From: Candidatus Hydrogenedentota bacterium | GTDB lineage: Bacteria; Hydrogenedentota; Hydrogenedentia; Hydrogenedentales; SLHB01 | DNA: 64,000 nucleotides | Direction of reading: 5' to 3' | Assembly: GCA_963674865.2 (NCBI GenBank) | Contig: CAXXYE010000007.1 | Coordinates: 96,001 to 160,000, forward strand | In this document: in pieces, positions 1 through 10,762 of the stretch | How positions within the stretch are numbered: the stretch's first letter is position 1 | Layout of the letters: each line of letters starts with the position of its first letter | Notes under the pieces: model-generated | What the model saw: the letters and a program-made list of their open reading frames with translations, nothing else | Told to the model about the DNA's origin: nothing | The model's database searches: none | Position numbers and translations under genes: made by a program

Positions 1-2
1 AG

Positions 3-2456
3 TTCAAGACGTCCTGGATGGATTACGCCATGAGCGTGATCGTCAGCCGGGCCCTGCCGGACGTGCGCGACGGACTGAAACCGGTTCACCGCCGCATCAT
101 CTACGCTATGCAGGAGCTCGGCCTCAGCCACACGCGTGGCTTCCGCAAGTCCGCCGCCATCGTCGGCGACACCATGGGGAAATACCATCCGCACGGCGAT
201 TCCGCCATCTACGACACCCTCGTCCGCATGGCCCAAGAGTGGAACATGCGCTATACCCTTGTGAATGGGCAGGGCAACTTTGGCTCCATCGACGGCGACA
301 GCCCCGCTGCCATGCGATACACCGAGGCCCGCATGGCGGGGATAACCGCCGAGATGCTGGCCGATATCGACAAAGCGACGGTTGACAAACAAGACAACTA
401 CGACGGCCGCCTTCAAGAGCCCGTCGTGCTCCCGTCAGGTATCCCGAATCTTCTCGTCAACGGCTCCTACGGTATCGCCGTGGGCATGGCTACGAGTTGC
501 CCGCCGCACAATCTCAATGAGATATGCGATGCCGTGGTCCATTTGATCGACCATCCCGACGCCACCGTTGGCGACCTCCTCACCCACGTCAAAGGTCCAG
601 ATTTTCCCACCGGCGGCATTATCTACGGCACGGACGACCTGGCCACGGCCTATGAGACGGGCCGGGGGCGCCTGACCATTCGCGGGAAGGCGTCCATCGA
701 GCACGAGAAGAAATCGGGCAAAGACAGCATCATTGTTGAGGAGATCCCCTACCAGGTCAACAAGTCCCGCCTGATCGAGAGCATTGCCGACCTCGTCCGA
801 AGCAAGACCGTCGAGGGCATCACCGATTTACGCGATGAGTCCGACAAAGACGGCATGCGCATCGTCATCGAACTGCGGAAGGGCGAAGAGCCGCAGGTTG
901 TGCTCAATCAGCTCTACAAACACACTCAGCTTCAGGACACCGCCAGCATCATCATGCTGGCCCTGGTGAACAACACGCCGCGCGTCCTTTCCCTGCGCGA
1001 CATGGTCTATTACTACGTCAAGCACCGGGCCGAGATCGTCGAGCGGCGCACCCGGTATGACCTCGAGCAGGCCGAAGCGCGCTCGCACATCGTGGAGGGC
1101 CTTCTGAAGGCCATCGATCATATCGATGAGGTTATCTCCACCATACGGGAATCGGCAGACGTTGATACGGCCCGCGCTGCCCTGATCAAGCGATTCGCGT
1201 TCACCGAGGTCCAGGCCAACGCGATCCTCGCCATGCGGCTCCGCCGCTTGACCGGCCTCGAACGCGAGGAACTTGAGCAGGAATACGCCGACCTCCGCAA
1301 ACAGATTGCCCGGTTCAAGCAGATCCTTTCGAGCGAACAGACCATTCTTGACGAAGTGCGCAAGGAAATCCTCCATATCAAGGAAAAATACGGCGACGCG
1401 CGCCGGACACATATCTTGTCGCAACGCTCTGAGTTCAGCGTCGAGGACTTGATCGCCGACGAGCCCATGGTGGTCACCGTCTCGAATCAAGGCTATATCA
1501 AGCGAGTGCCCGTCAGCACGTACCGCAAGCAGCGCCGGGGCGGCCGCGGCGTGGCCGGCATGGAGACAAAGGAAGAGGACTTCGTATCCGACCTCTTTAT
1601 CGCCTCCACGCACGACTACATGCTCTTCTTCACCAATCTGGGGCGGGTGTACTGGCGTAAGATCCACGAGTTGCCCAAGACCAGCCGGACCGCGCGCGGG
1701 CGGGCCATTGTCAACGTGCTCAACCTGAGCGGTGAGGAGCGCGTCACCGCCTGTCTGCCCGTGCGCGACCTCGCCGAAGAAGGCAAGATGATCTTTATGG
1801 TGACGCGCCAAGGAATCGTCAAGAAGACCGCCTTGAAGGCCTTCAGCAATCCGCGCGCGGCCGGGATCATCGCCCTCGATCTCGATCAAGGCGACGAGCT
1901 TATCGAAGTCCAGATCACTTCCGGTGAAGACAACATCCTTATCGCCACCAAGGACGGCATGTCCATTCGCTTCCCGGAGAAGGACGTCCGCGCCATGGGC
2001 CGCACGGCCCGCGGCGTCATTGGCATCCGGCTCGAAGAAGGCGACTACGTCATAGGCACCTCCATCGCCGGTGACGAGATGACGGTTCTGAGTGTTACCG
2101 AGAACGGCTTCGGGAAGCGCACCAAAGTGGGCGAGTACCGGCTACAGCACCGGGGCGGCCGCGGCATCATCAACATCAAGACCACCGAGCGCAACGGCTC
2201 CGTAGTCGGCATGCTCACCGTCGACGACCGCGACGAGATCGTCGTTATCAGCACCGACGGCATCGTTATCCGCACCGCCGTGAAAGACATCCGCACCATC
2301 GGCCGCAACACACAGGGCGTCAAGATCATGACTCCCACCGAGGGCGCTGAAGTCAGCGCCGTTGCCCGCGCCGTCCCCGAGGAGAAGCAGGACCAGGTCG
2401 CCGAGGATTCTGAAGACCTGCCGGACGCCCAGGCGCCTTCCGGCGAGGAAGAGTAG
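3..2456 (+). CDS. gyrA: DNA gyrase subunit A (5' end lies outside the window)
   Basis: [32 protein letters not shown], catalytic AAMRYTE, GyrA-box QRRGGRG, C-terminal beta-pinwheel repeats; frame is open to the window start. Confidence 0.98.
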   Translation, partial: FKTSWMDYAMSVIVSRALPDVRDGLKPVHRRIIYAMQELGLSHTRGFRKSAAIVGDTMGKYHPHGDSAIYDTLVRMAQEWNMRYTLVNGQGNFGSIDGDSPAAMRYTEARMAGITAEMLADIDKATVDKQDNYDGRLQEPVVLPSGIPNLLVNGSYGIAVGMATSCPPHNLNEICDAVVHLIDHPDATVGDLLTHVKGPDFPTGGIIYGTDDLATAYETGRGRLTIRGKASIEHEKKSGKDSIIVEEIPYQVNKSRLIESIADLVRSKTVEGITDLRDESDKDGMRIVIELRKGEEPQVVLNQLYKHTQLQDTASIIMLALVNNTPRVLSLRDMVYYYVKHRAEIVERRTRYDLEQAEARSHIVEGLLKAIDHIDEVISTIRESADVDTARAALIKRFAFTEVQANAILAMRLRRLTGLEREELEQEYADLRKQIARFKQILSSEQTILDEVRKEILHIKEKYGDARRTHILSQRSEFSVEDLIADEPMVVTVSNQGYIKRVPVSTYRKQRRGGRGVAGMETKEEDFVSDLFIASTHDYMLFFTNLGRVYWRKIHELPKTSRTARGRAIVNVLNLSGEERVTACLPVRDLAEEGKMIFMVTRQGIVKKTALKAFSNPRAAGIIALDLDQGDELIEVQITSGEDNILIATKDGMSIRFPEKDVRAMGRTARGVIGIRLEEGDYVIGTSIAGDEMTVLSVTENGFGKRTKVGEYRLQHRGGRGIINIKTTERNGSVVGMLTVDDRDEIVVISTDGIVIRTAVKDIRTIGRNTQGVKIMTPTEGAEVSAVARAVPEEKQDQVAEDSEDLPDAQAPSGEEE

Positions 2457-2725
2457 GCTGAGTCTCCTTCCGTCGGGAATTCCTGCGCTACTCCTGGATA
2501 TGTGAAGAAATGCCGGGGCAAGCAGGGGAGCAGGTTTCGAGCACTGCCCCCCGGTGCGAACACGTGTCCTTTTCCAAGGTGCTGCCGACTCCTCCACAAG
2601 CTTCCTTATCCTGCCTTGCCTTGCCCTCCGCTGCCTAAACGCGAGGATGCCTCATCACATTGAATGGACTTCACTGGAAATCGTCCATTTCATCGGCGAA
2701 ATTGGAACGTAAGGAGGTCGAAATC

Positions 2726-4927
2726 ATGAGGCGCAATAAACTGACCTTCACTTGGGCGTTAGTCATTGCTGTGGTAGGGTTTACAACCCATCCTGCCTTT
2801 GCGCAGGAAATGCTGCACGCCCGGATAAGCTTTGACGCCGGAGGCGGCATGGTCAGGGGAACTTCCGATGACGACTGGAGTTACGTGACCATGAACACCC
2901 TCGTCCTTCCCGGCGATACGCTCTGGGTCGATCAGGGCAGTCAGTTGGAACTCGAGATGTCCGGAGGGACCTTCCTGCGAATGGCCGACGGAGCCAAGGC
3001 GGAGGTCGCTTCCCTGCCGCCCAGCGCGCTTATCCGCGGGTGGACGGGGGCCTTCTACGTGCAGCGGCTGAGCCGCAGCACAGGCGACGTGGTGTTCGAC
3101 ACGCTGGCGTGTACGATGGAGATCCAGCAGGACACGCAGGTGCGCGTCGACGCGACGGAGCAAGGGGCTACGACCATCTCGGTGCGCTGGGGCCGCGTGA
3201 CGGTGCGGACGGACCACGGTGGCAGACTTCTCCTCACCACGGGCCAGCGCTGCTACGTTGATGCGGGCTATCTTCCCTCTGCGCCGAAGGCATTTGACCG
3301 AACCTTGGAAGACCCCTTTGACACATGGAATCGTGAGCGGGCTAGGCTGTTGGCTGTTGGTCACGACTCGGCGGACATTCCTGCTGAGTCACCGCCTATC
3401 GGCGTATCCGACCTGGCCACCTATGGCGATTGGGTGTACGTGGATAGCGTCCGCTACTGGCGGCCGACGTATGTTACCGAATTCGTTCCCTACCGGAATG
3501 GGCACTGGAGTTACATGGCCGGCGTCGGCTACGTCTGGGTCGGGGATTATCCCTTCTCGTACGTGACTGGCCACTACGGCCGTTGGCGCCACCATACTCA
3601 GTACGGCTGGATATGGACCTACCGCGACACTTGGGGGCCGGCGTGGGCCATGACGGTCCGGTACGGGCCGAATTTCGTCTGGTGTCCCCTCGATCCATGG
3701 GACAATCCCGTTGTTCTTGGAACCGCCTACTACACCGTCGACGGAATTCGCTGCTACGTCGGGGCAAGCACCTATTGCCCGGCCGACGCGCTCTTGCTGG
3801 GGCCGACCGCCGTCTACGCGTGCTCGCCCACTGTCGTAAGCTATGGCAATATCGACGGTATCACCGTCTGGAACATCTGGGCGTCCAACGTGCCGCGCGC
3901 ACGCTTGCCGCGCCCGTACCGTGAGAGAAATGCCCGTGATTACTCGCCGCGCCGTGTAATCCGAGGGCCCGACACGGTCCACCTATCCAGTCCTCGCGCC
4001 CATGATCGTGTGGCTGCCCTTGAGGCACGGGAAGGCACGCCCCGGAGCTTTGCCAACCGCGATACGGGCGCTCGCCAAGTGCGCACTTCCATGAGCAGCA
4101 CGGTGAGGAATGCCCGTGTCCGGGCCGTGACCTTGAACATTCCCGCCGCCACGACCGCGCATGCCGACGCCGCGGCAATGGCGAGCCGTCGAAGCACCTC
4201 GGCTTCAGCGTCCGCCCGCAGCCGTGCCGTCCGCAGTGGCTCAGACGCCCGTACGGTGACGGAGAGCGATCGCCGGGAAGTGCGCGCCCGTGCCGCGTCG
4301 CCGTCCGTGAGCGACGAGACCTCTTCGGAACGGACAGTCTCGCCGAGGACGTATCGGAGTGACGACACTCCATCCCGCACCCCTACGATTCCACCATCGC
4401 CTTCGCGGTCCCGGAGCGTTGCTCGTACGCCGGATAGGTCCTCAACAAGTTCGTCCAGGAGCACCACCACGAGCACCACCCCCCGGACGTATTCGGCCCC
4501 AACGCCGTCGCCGCGCAGCTCCACTACACGTACGCCGGCCAGGTCATCTTCTTCAACGCGTTCGACGCCGACGAGGACGCAGTCATCGAGTAGTTCACGC
4601 TCCAGCAGCAGCTCGCGTACTCGTAGCAGCACCTCGTCCTATGTTGCGCCTCAGTCATCGCGTTCATTCAGTGCATCGCCGAGCGTATCGGCAAGTAGCC
4701 GTTCCGTGGTCACCCGCTCTGCCAGCCCACCCGCGCCATCCAGGACCTCCGCTTCCAGCCGCTCCGTGACATCGATGTCGACGAGGTCCACAAACTCCTC
4801 GCCGAGGTCCACGAGCGCCTCGGCCCCATCGATATCCACACGTTCCGCGTCACCGTCGTACCGTTCGTCGACGAGTGTTACGCGTTCCTCTTCGGCCCGT
4901 TCATCGAGCAGCCGGATACAACGCTAA
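2726..4927 (+). CDS. Secreted FecR-like/DUF6600-type protein with long Ser/Thr/Arg-rich tail
   Basis: AAGGAGG RBS at 2711; signal peptide ending AFA; FecR-like beta region (LPGDTLWV..ELEM); YG.W/PY..GHW/HYGRW aromatic motifs; low-complexity C-terminus. Confidence 0.7.
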   Translation: MRRNKLTFTWALVIAVVGFTTHPAFAQEMLHARISFDAGGGMVRGTSDDDWSYVTMNTLVLPGDTLWVDQGSQLELEMSGGTFLRMADGAKAEVASLPPSALIRGWTGAFYVQRLSRSTGDVVFDTLACTMEIQQDTQVRVDATEQGATTISVRWGRVTVRTDHGGRLLLTTGQRCYVDAGYLPSAPKAFDRTLEDPFDTWNRERARLLAVGHDSADIPAESPPIGVSDLATYGDWVYVDSVRYWRPTYVTEFVPYRNGHWSYMAGVGYVWVGDYPFSYVTGHYGRWRHHTQYGWIWTYRDTWGPAWAMTVRYGPNFVWCPLDPWDNPVVLGTAYYTVDGIRCYVGASTYCPADALLLGPTAVYACSPTVVSYGNIDGITVWNIWASNVPRARLPRPYRERNARDYSPRRVIRGPDTVHLSSPRAHDRVAALEAREGTPRSFANRDTGARQVRTSMSSTVRNARVRAVTLNIPAATTAHADAAAMASRRSTSASASARSRAVRSGSDARTVTESDRREVRARAASPSVSDETSSERTVSPRTYRSDDTPSRTPTIPPSPSRSRSVARTPDRSSTSSSRSTTTSTTPRTYSAPTPSPRSSTTRTPARSSSSTRSTPTRTQSSSSSRSSSSSRTRSSTSSYVAPQSSRSFSASPSVSASSRSVVTRSASPPAPSRTSASSRSVTSMSTRSTNSSPRSTSASAPSISTRSASPSYRSSTSVTRSSSARSSSSRIQR

Positions 4928-4945
4928 CCGTGAGGAGGGCGTATC

Positions 4946-5842
4946 ATGAACGCAAGGAAACGATTCGCGCAAGGCGGCAAGCTGCTGGGCATTGCGGTGG
5001 TAGCGCTCCTCGCCGTGGGCTGTCCCGAGGACTGGGACTGGAGCGTGTCCGACAGCGAATATGATCTCGGATTCGACGTCGGTTTTGCCGAGGACGACTG
5101 GTATTGGGACGGCTACGACGACAGCTACGACACGGTCGACTTTGGGCCCATCTACTACCAGGGCAGCACGATTCCCTACATTGACGCCGATACCTACGAC
5201 GCCGGCTATTGGGACGGCGTCTGGTGGGCCTACAATGACGGCTACTTCGTGTGCTATCGCTATGCCTTCATCATCGGCTTCAGCGAAGGTTACGATAACG
5301 CCTTCTGGCCCGACTACCTGGAGTTCCTGGACACGGACGAGCACACCGAGTACCTCGACGGCGGGTGGTCCGACGGATACGCGGACGGCTTTTCCGAGGG
5401 ACGCGTGTTCGGCGCCAACGATTACGAGATGGGCCTTTCCTTTGATTGGGAAGACGCGCTTTATGACTACGAGTCAGGTACGGACCTCTACTTCGAGGAG
5501 GTCGACGTCGGCACGGGCGAATACGGCCCCGTCTACCTCTACGAATACGGCACCGATCCCGCCGATTTGAAGGCCGCCCCGCGGCCGCGCCGCCCCTTGG
5601 ATAGGCGTCTCCCGGCCATTCGACAGCCTCTTGGCGCGAAGCAAGACGACGATCTGGGTAGTATGTACCGGCCCCTGCTGGCCCAGGCCGAGACGGAACT
5701 GAGCGTAACGCCCGCGCAGAGCGCACGTAACACCCGCGAACTCCGCCTCACAACTTCCTGGCTCGAGCGCGTCCAGGCCTACACCTCCAGCGCCAAATCG
5801 CTCAGGCAGGACGCTCCGCGCGCGAGGAGCGTCGCGGAATAG
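4946..5842 (+). CDS. Hypothetical lipoprotein, Asp/Tyr/Gly/Trp-rich with GY.DG(F/Y) repeats
   Basis: GAGGAGG RBS; lipobox LAVG-C; starts 18 bp after the previous gene. Confidence 0.75.
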   Translation: MNARKRFAQGGKLLGIAVVALLAVGCPEDWDWSVSDSEYDLGFDVGFAEDDWYWDGYDDSYDTVDFGPIYYQGSTIPYIDADTYDAGYWDGVWWAYNDGYFVCYRYAFIIGFSEGYDNAFWPDYLEFLDTDEHTEYLDGGWSDGYADGFSEGRVFGANDYEMGLSFDWEDALYDYESGTDLYFEEVDVGTGEYGPVYLYEYGTDPADLKAAPRPRRPLDRRLPAIRQPLGAKQDDDLGSMYRPLLAQAETELSVTPAQSARNTRELRLTTSWLERVQAYTSSAKSLRQDAPRARSVAE

Positions 5843-5867
5843 CCGCATCACCACCTCGACAGATACA

Positions 5868-5903
5868 CAGCCGGCAAGGCGCTTGAGGGCGCCTTGCCGG
5901 CTG
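5868..5903 (+). terminator. Perfect 15-bp stem hairpin after the lipoprotein gene (possible terminator)
   Basis: cagccggcaaggcgc-ttgagg-gcgccttgccggctg; weak U-tract. Confidence 0.5.
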
Positions 5904-6094
5904 CGTGTTCGTAGGCGTCCTGTTCGTCGCCCAGCGCGAGGGGCCCCCTTCGTTTCCGAGGGCTTCTCCTGTAGCGCCGCTTCGGCCAGAAGGCCGCGCC
6001 GGTTCAAGGGAAGCAGATACCGATTCGGAAGTGAGTGCGAAAACGGCTACAATGCGTTGTCCTAGCTTTGGTAGTCGTCAAGAGGAGTCATGCT

Positions 6095-7363
6095 ATGCCA
6101 TCGCCTTCCCGCCGCACGTTTCTCAAGACTTCCGGAGTGCTCGCCGCGTCCTCACTTGTTGAAGGGCAAGAGGCGTCGGCGAACGATCGTATCCGAGTGG
6201 CCATCGTCGGTTGTCGCAACCGGGGCCACGAGATCGCCTCCGCCTTCCTGGCCACGGGGCAATTCGACATCGCCACCCTTTGCGATTGCGACACGGCCAT
6301 GTTCGACCGCGCCCTGTCTAAAATCAAAGGCGACTTGCCCAACGCCCCGGCCCAGGAGCAGGATTTCCGGCGGGTCCTCGACGATCCCGGCATAGATGCC
6401 ATCGTCAACGCCACGCCCGACCACTGGCACGCGCTAATGACTATTATGGCCTTGGATGCCGGCAAACACGTGTTTCTCGAGAAGCCGGCCTCCTATGACG
6501 TGGCCGACGGCAAGGCCATGATGGCCGCCCAGGCGAAACATCCCCGGTTGAGCGTCCTCGTCGGCACGCAGCAGCGAAGCGGCGCCCACTTCCGGGAGGC
6601 CAGGGAGTTCATCCAAGGCGGGGGGCTTGGCAAGGTGGCCTTCTGCCGCGCCTGGATCACGAGTGAGCGGAAGTTCCTGGCCGCCAAGCCTGACACGGCA
6701 CCGCCGGCCACGTTGGACTACGATATGTGGCTGGGGCCCGCGGCGGCGCGTCCGTACAACGAGACGCGCGTCCACTACAATTGGCGGTTTTTCAGAGACT
6801 ACGGCACTGGCGAGATGGGCAACTGGGGCGCCCACTGGCTCGATATCGTGCGCTGGTTCCTGGACCTCGGCTATCCGTCCAGCGTGGCCGGGCATGGCGG
6901 CGTGTTCGTCTGCAAAGACGCCAAAGAGTGGCCGGACACGCAAACCGTCGTTTACCAGTATCCTGAATTGACGGTGCTCTGGGAGCAGCGCATTTGGACG
7001 CGCTTCCCTCTCAACGGCGAGAAGTTTGGCGCGGAGTTCGACGGCGAAAAAGGAGCGCTCATTATCACGCGCGACGGGTGGACCTTCTATCCGAAGGAGG
7101 GGGAGCCCCAGCGCCATTCGGAGACGGAACTCGACAAGGCCCACGCCCGGCATTTTGCCGATTGCGTGCGCGGTGATGCCGAACCGGTAGCAAGCATGCA
7201 GGATGGGCACGTGAGTGCCGCCCTGTGCCATCTTGGCAACATCAGCGTTACGTTGAACCGCGAACTGCGTTTCGATGCCGCCACGGAGACGTTTCTGGAC
7301 GACAAGGAAGCCAACGCGCTCCTAACGCGTAAGTACCGGGAGCCCTGGTCGTTGCCTGCCTGA
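6095..7363 (+). CDS. Gfo/Idh/MocA-family oxidoreductase, Tat-exported
   Basis: SRRTFLK Tat motif; RIRVAIVGC, ATPDHWH, GKHVFLEKP, GTQQRS, NWGAHWLD. Confidence 0.92.
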   Translation: MPSPSRRTFLKTSGVLAASSLVEGQEASANDRIRVAIVGCRNRGHEIASAFLATGQFDIATLCDCDTAMFDRALSKIKGDLPNAPAQEQDFRRVLDDPGIDAIVNATPDHWHALMTIMALDAGKHVFLEKPASYDVADGKAMMAAQAKHPRLSVLVGTQQRSGAHFREAREFIQGGGLGKVAFCRAWITSERKFLAAKPDTAPPATLDYDMWLGPAAARPYNETRVHYNWRFFRDYGTGEMGNWGAHWLDIVRWFLDLGYPSSVAGHGGVFVCKDAKEWPDTQTVVYQYPELTVLWEQRIWTRFPLNGEKFGAEFDGEKGALIITRDGWTFYPKEGEPQRHSETELDKAHARHFADCVRGDAEPVASMQDGHVSAALCHLGNISVTLNRELRFDAATETFLDDKEANALLTRKYREPWSLPA

Positions 7364-7530
7364 GGGGCGCAGCGTACAGCTCTCGTCGCCGGGCAGCGCT
7401 TGACTTCTTTTCCGTGGCTCTGCTCCAATGAGTGCGCCCGATCCTATGATGTCCCTGTCAGGGGACCCCGCTCTTATGGGCTGAGTGTCCAAGCGTGAGA
7501 CATACGTTCGGCTTTGCCCGGAGGCCCTGA

Positions 7531-8037
7531 ATGAACCGTTTGGACAATGATCGCAATGCTTGGGGGTGGCCCAACTTGATGCTGTGGGCGCTTTGTCTCG
7601 GTGTCGGTTTGGTGCCGGACAAAGTGTTCTATCTTTTCCGCGATATAGCGGCCGTGCCCACCCAGAGAGCCCTTGTCAACCACCCGATGATGATCAGCGT
7701 CGCCCTTGCCATCTATGTGGCCCTCTTCGTCTTGCGGCAGTGCCGTCTTCTCGGCTGCGAGGAATCAGGAGCCGAAGCCCGAGCGCTCCAGGCCGGCGTA
7801 ATCGCTCTTGTGGCCTTCCTGCCCGGTGTTGTGGACGTGTTGTTCGCCGTTGGCGACATCGCCGACCCGCGGCTGCGTAGATTCGTCTATCTGGCCGGCG
7901 CCGGAAAACTGACATGCTGGTTCTATCTCTCCATGTTGATGTTCCGCTGCTACGCCCTTGGACATCATCGCGCGTTTGTCACCATGCTTCTGGGGGATAT
8001 GCCGAGAGAACGTCAACCAAGAGAATCGAGACTCTAG
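7531..8037 (+). CDS. Hypothetical membrane protein (about 4 TM)
   Basis: Four hydrophobic segments; GGAGG upstream. Confidence 0.65.
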   Translation: MNRLDNDRNAWGWPNLMLWALCLGVGLVPDKVFYLFRDIAAVPTQRALVNHPMMISVALAIYVALFVLRQCRLLGCEESGAEARALQAGVIALVAFLPGVVDVLFAVGDIADPRLRRFVYLAGAGKLTCWFYLSMLMFRCYALGHHRAFVTMLLGDMPRERQPRESRL

Positions 8038-8327
8038 GCGACGTGCGCCACTAATTGTCGCGAGGTCCAATGCCGCTTCAGGGCGCCGATCTTCTAAGGG
8101 ATGCACCGGGCCTATGTCCTTCTTGTGGTGGCGAGATATCAGGTAAGACTAATGCACACAGGGCTTATTTGTAATCCATATTACATATTATTGCCTATCG
8201 ACATAAGTGTGTAAAATGATAAATACCGTTTGGTAGGATGTTTCTCCAGCGGATTTATCTCGGAAGACCTGTTAGATCAATGGATTACGGCGGGCGAAAA
8301 AAAGAACGTCATCCCGCGAAAAAGGTG

Positions 8328-8356
8328 TTGCGTTTGAGCTATAGTTTGGGTAAACT
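8328..8356 (+). promoter_or_regulatory. Sigma-70-type promoter upstream of the cohesin gene
   Basis: TTGCGT-N17-TAAACT in an AT-rich intergenic region. Confidence 0.55.
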
Positions 8357-8401
8357 CAACAGAGAAGGTTCCTTATGGGGAATCTTCCGCGGTGAACGCG
8401 C

Positions 8402-9448
8402 ATGAGTCGCGTAGCTTGCAGTCTTATATCGGCATGGATGTTAGTAGGGGTAAGTCCTCAGGTAGGGGGAATTTTACGCATTGCTAACGTCCCGACAGTT
8501 GAAACTACGCAGTTCACGGTTCCTGTGACGTTGGAGGGCCAGGGAGTCGCCTCCTTGGATTTTCGACTCAACTACGATCCGGAAGTGCTCCGGCCCGTGT
8601 CTGCAACGGCAGGCGCTGCCGCGGCATCGGCAGGCAAGGTAGTGCAGACACGAGTCGTGTCGGCGGGTGAGCTTGCTGTTCTCATGATGGGCATGAATCA
8701 GACGACGTTGGACGGCGGCGAAGTCGTCCGCATCAAGATGGAAGTGCTCAACGAAACAGCCGGCGCCACGGAGCTTTCCGTCACTCGCACCACGCTTGCC
8801 TCGGAGGAGGGCACGAGGCTCGCTTCCCAAGGCAGTAAGGAGAGCGTGCAGATCGGGAACTCCGACGCGGACGAGGGCGACAGCGAGGCTGAAGACGAGG
8901 ACGAAGACGATGAGTCGTCCTCAGACGAAGACGAAAGCGGCGTCGATGCCGGACAGGACGCGGCGCAGCAATCCGTCGAGTCGTCGACAGGCGCTACTGG
9001 CGTGTCAGAGGGGACACCCGTGCAAGGCCCGGATGCCGGCGAGTCCGGTTCGGACGCAGTGGATAGCGGAAAGCGCCTGGAGCGCATCGCCAAGGCCATG
9101 AAAGAGGCCGGCCGCATGCTCGCGAAGATGCCCGCCTCAAATGCCGGTACGTCGGCGGATGAGACTACGGCCGACGAGAGCGGCGCCGAGGACGAGGCGA
9201 GTTCCACGAAGCCGGAAGTATCACAGGATGAAGATGACGCCCCTGCCGAGGAGTCTCTTGAGAGGCCAACGGCGATTGGGCCGAACGCCTATACAGTTGA
9301 AAGAGATAATGAGCCGCATTCCGCAGTTGGAACGAAGCCGCCGCGTCCCGGCGAGCCGCATCAAGGCGGCAAGGGGAAGTGGGCACTGGCGGCAGTGCTG
9401 GCCCTCTTGGCTGGCGTGTTGCTTCTACGGCGGAAACTGACGGTTTAG
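8402..9448 (+). CDS. Cohesin-domain surface protein with acidic linker and C-terminal membrane anchor
   Basis: FTVPVTL..VASLDFRLNYDPEVL cohesin signature; Asp/Glu-rich linker; C-terminal GG-x-hydrophobic-RRK. Confidence 0.75.
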   Translation: MSRVACSLISAWMLVGVSPQVGGILRIANVPTVETTQFTVPVTLEGQGVASLDFRLNYDPEVLRPVSATAGAAAASAGKVVQTRVVSAGELAVLMMGMNQTTLDGGEVVRIKMEVLNETAGATELSVTRTTLASEEGTRLASQGSKESVQIGNSDADEGDSEAEDEDEDDESSSDEDESGVDAGQDAAQQSVESSTGATGVSEGTPVQGPDAGESGSDAVDSGKRLERIAKAMKEAGRMLAKMPASNAGTSADETTADESGAEDEASSTKPEVSQDEDDAPAEESLERPTAIGPNAYTVERDNEPHSAVGTKPPRPGEPHQGGKGKWALAAVLALLAGVLLLRRKLTV

Positions 9449-9608
9449 ATTCTTCCCCCGAAGAAGAGGATGTTTAGTCCTCTGCGGATCTCTGACGCAA
9501 CGTTGGAGTGACGCACCTCACCGGAGATGCCGGGCGCCCCCTCCCGGCATCTCCACCCCCTTTTTTCTGTAAGCATATTTTTTACCTCAAACATCAACTC
9601 GGCTTCTT

Positions 9609-10589
9609 CTATTCCTCCGTGCCCTCTTGCTGCTCCGCGTCGATGCTATTCGACAGAATCAACCTATCCTGTTGCAGAAGCCATGCGATTGCGTCGTTCA
9701 CAACGCGCTCCGTGTGCTCCCGATCAAGCCCAATGTGATTGGAGTCATACCAAGTCATTGCCTTGGGCTCCCCGGCCGCGTCGAATAAGGCTTGGGCGGC
9801 GGCGGGCGGAATAAGCGCGTCGTGCCGGCCGTTCTGGAACAGCACGGGCCGGGGGGCGATATCGGCGACGTGCTTCACCGGATCCGCGGGCGCCAGAAAC
9901 CATGCCGCTGCGTATACGGCCGGCCGGAGCCAGAAGGCCAGCAATTTGGCTGCTTCCTCGCTGGCAAGCAAGCGTGGCAAATCACCGCCGCCGTAGGTGA
10001 TGGCCGCCGCTGCGACGCGTTTGTCGAAAGCTGCAACATTGCACCCGGTTATGGCGCCGTAGCTTGCTCCGCAGATGTAGATCCTTCGCATATCAATATC
10101 CGCCCGCGTTGCCAAGTAGTCGATGAGCCGCCTCGACTCGATGACGGTGAAAGCGGCCCTATGCCGGAAGGCGAGTACCTCCTCGAGCACGTTGGCCTCT
10201 TTGAGGCGGCGCTCACCTCGCATAAACTGATCGAAGGTGGCCACGGCGAATCCGGCCGCAACAAAAGGCGGTGCGATTTCGTCCAAGAACTCCTTGTCCT
10301 GGCCGATGCCGTGTAGGAATAGGATGCACGGCCAAGGGGGCGCCGACGTTTCGGGCAAGGCAAGCGCGGCAGGGACGGGGCGGCCAGGCAACCCATCGAA
10401 GGTGAAGTCTGTGCGCGTGTAGCCGGGGTGCTCCAGGCTCTGTCGCAGAGCGATGTTCAGCGGGGCGGCCACATCGTAGCCATCATAGTAGTGGGCGTCG
10501 CAATGCGCTTTGGCAAGCACGACAACGGCCGGCACGACAAGTGCGGCCGAGGAAAGGACGAGGAGCAGGCGTTTGCTTTTTGTTTTCAC
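9609..10589 (-). CDS. Alpha/beta-fold hydrolase (esterase-like), N-terminal anchor
   Basis: LFLHGIG, GASYG nucleophile elbow, NGRHDALIP, C-terminal His; GTG start inferred. Confidence 0.85.
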   Translation of the reverse strand: MKTKSKRLLLVLSSAALVVPAVVVLAKAHCDAHYYDGYDVAAPLNIALRQSLEHPGYTRTDFTFDGLPGRPVPAALALPETSAPPWPCILFLHGIGQDKEFLDEIAPPFVAAGFAVATFDQFMRGERRLKEANVLEEVLAFRHRAAFTVIESRRLIDYLATRADIDMRRIYICGASYGAITGCNVAAFDKRVAAAAITYGGGDLPRLLASEEAAKLLAFWLRPAVYAAAWFLAPADPVKHVADIAPRPVLFQNGRHDALIPPAAAQALFDAAGEPKAMTWYDSNHIGLDREHTERVVNDAIAWLLQQDRLILSNSIDAEQQEGTEE

Positions 10590-10762
10590 GCGGACGAGTT
10601 TCCTCAAGCGGAGCAGCCGAGGGGCTATTGTATCCTCACTTGCCTCGCAGCGACAAAGGCGTGGCAATGGGCTCACCGGCCTGCCTATAATCCAAGGCGT
10701 GCGGACGAGTCCACAAACGATGGCGAATGTCCATGCCGACAGGAGCCGTATGGGAGGTGAGG

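Noticed and set aside
828..1889. Long antisense ORFs (also 11453-12700, 14727-16082, 38861-40174, 53068-54495 and others)
   Set aside because: Shadows of real genes caused by GC-rich codon bias; no motifs
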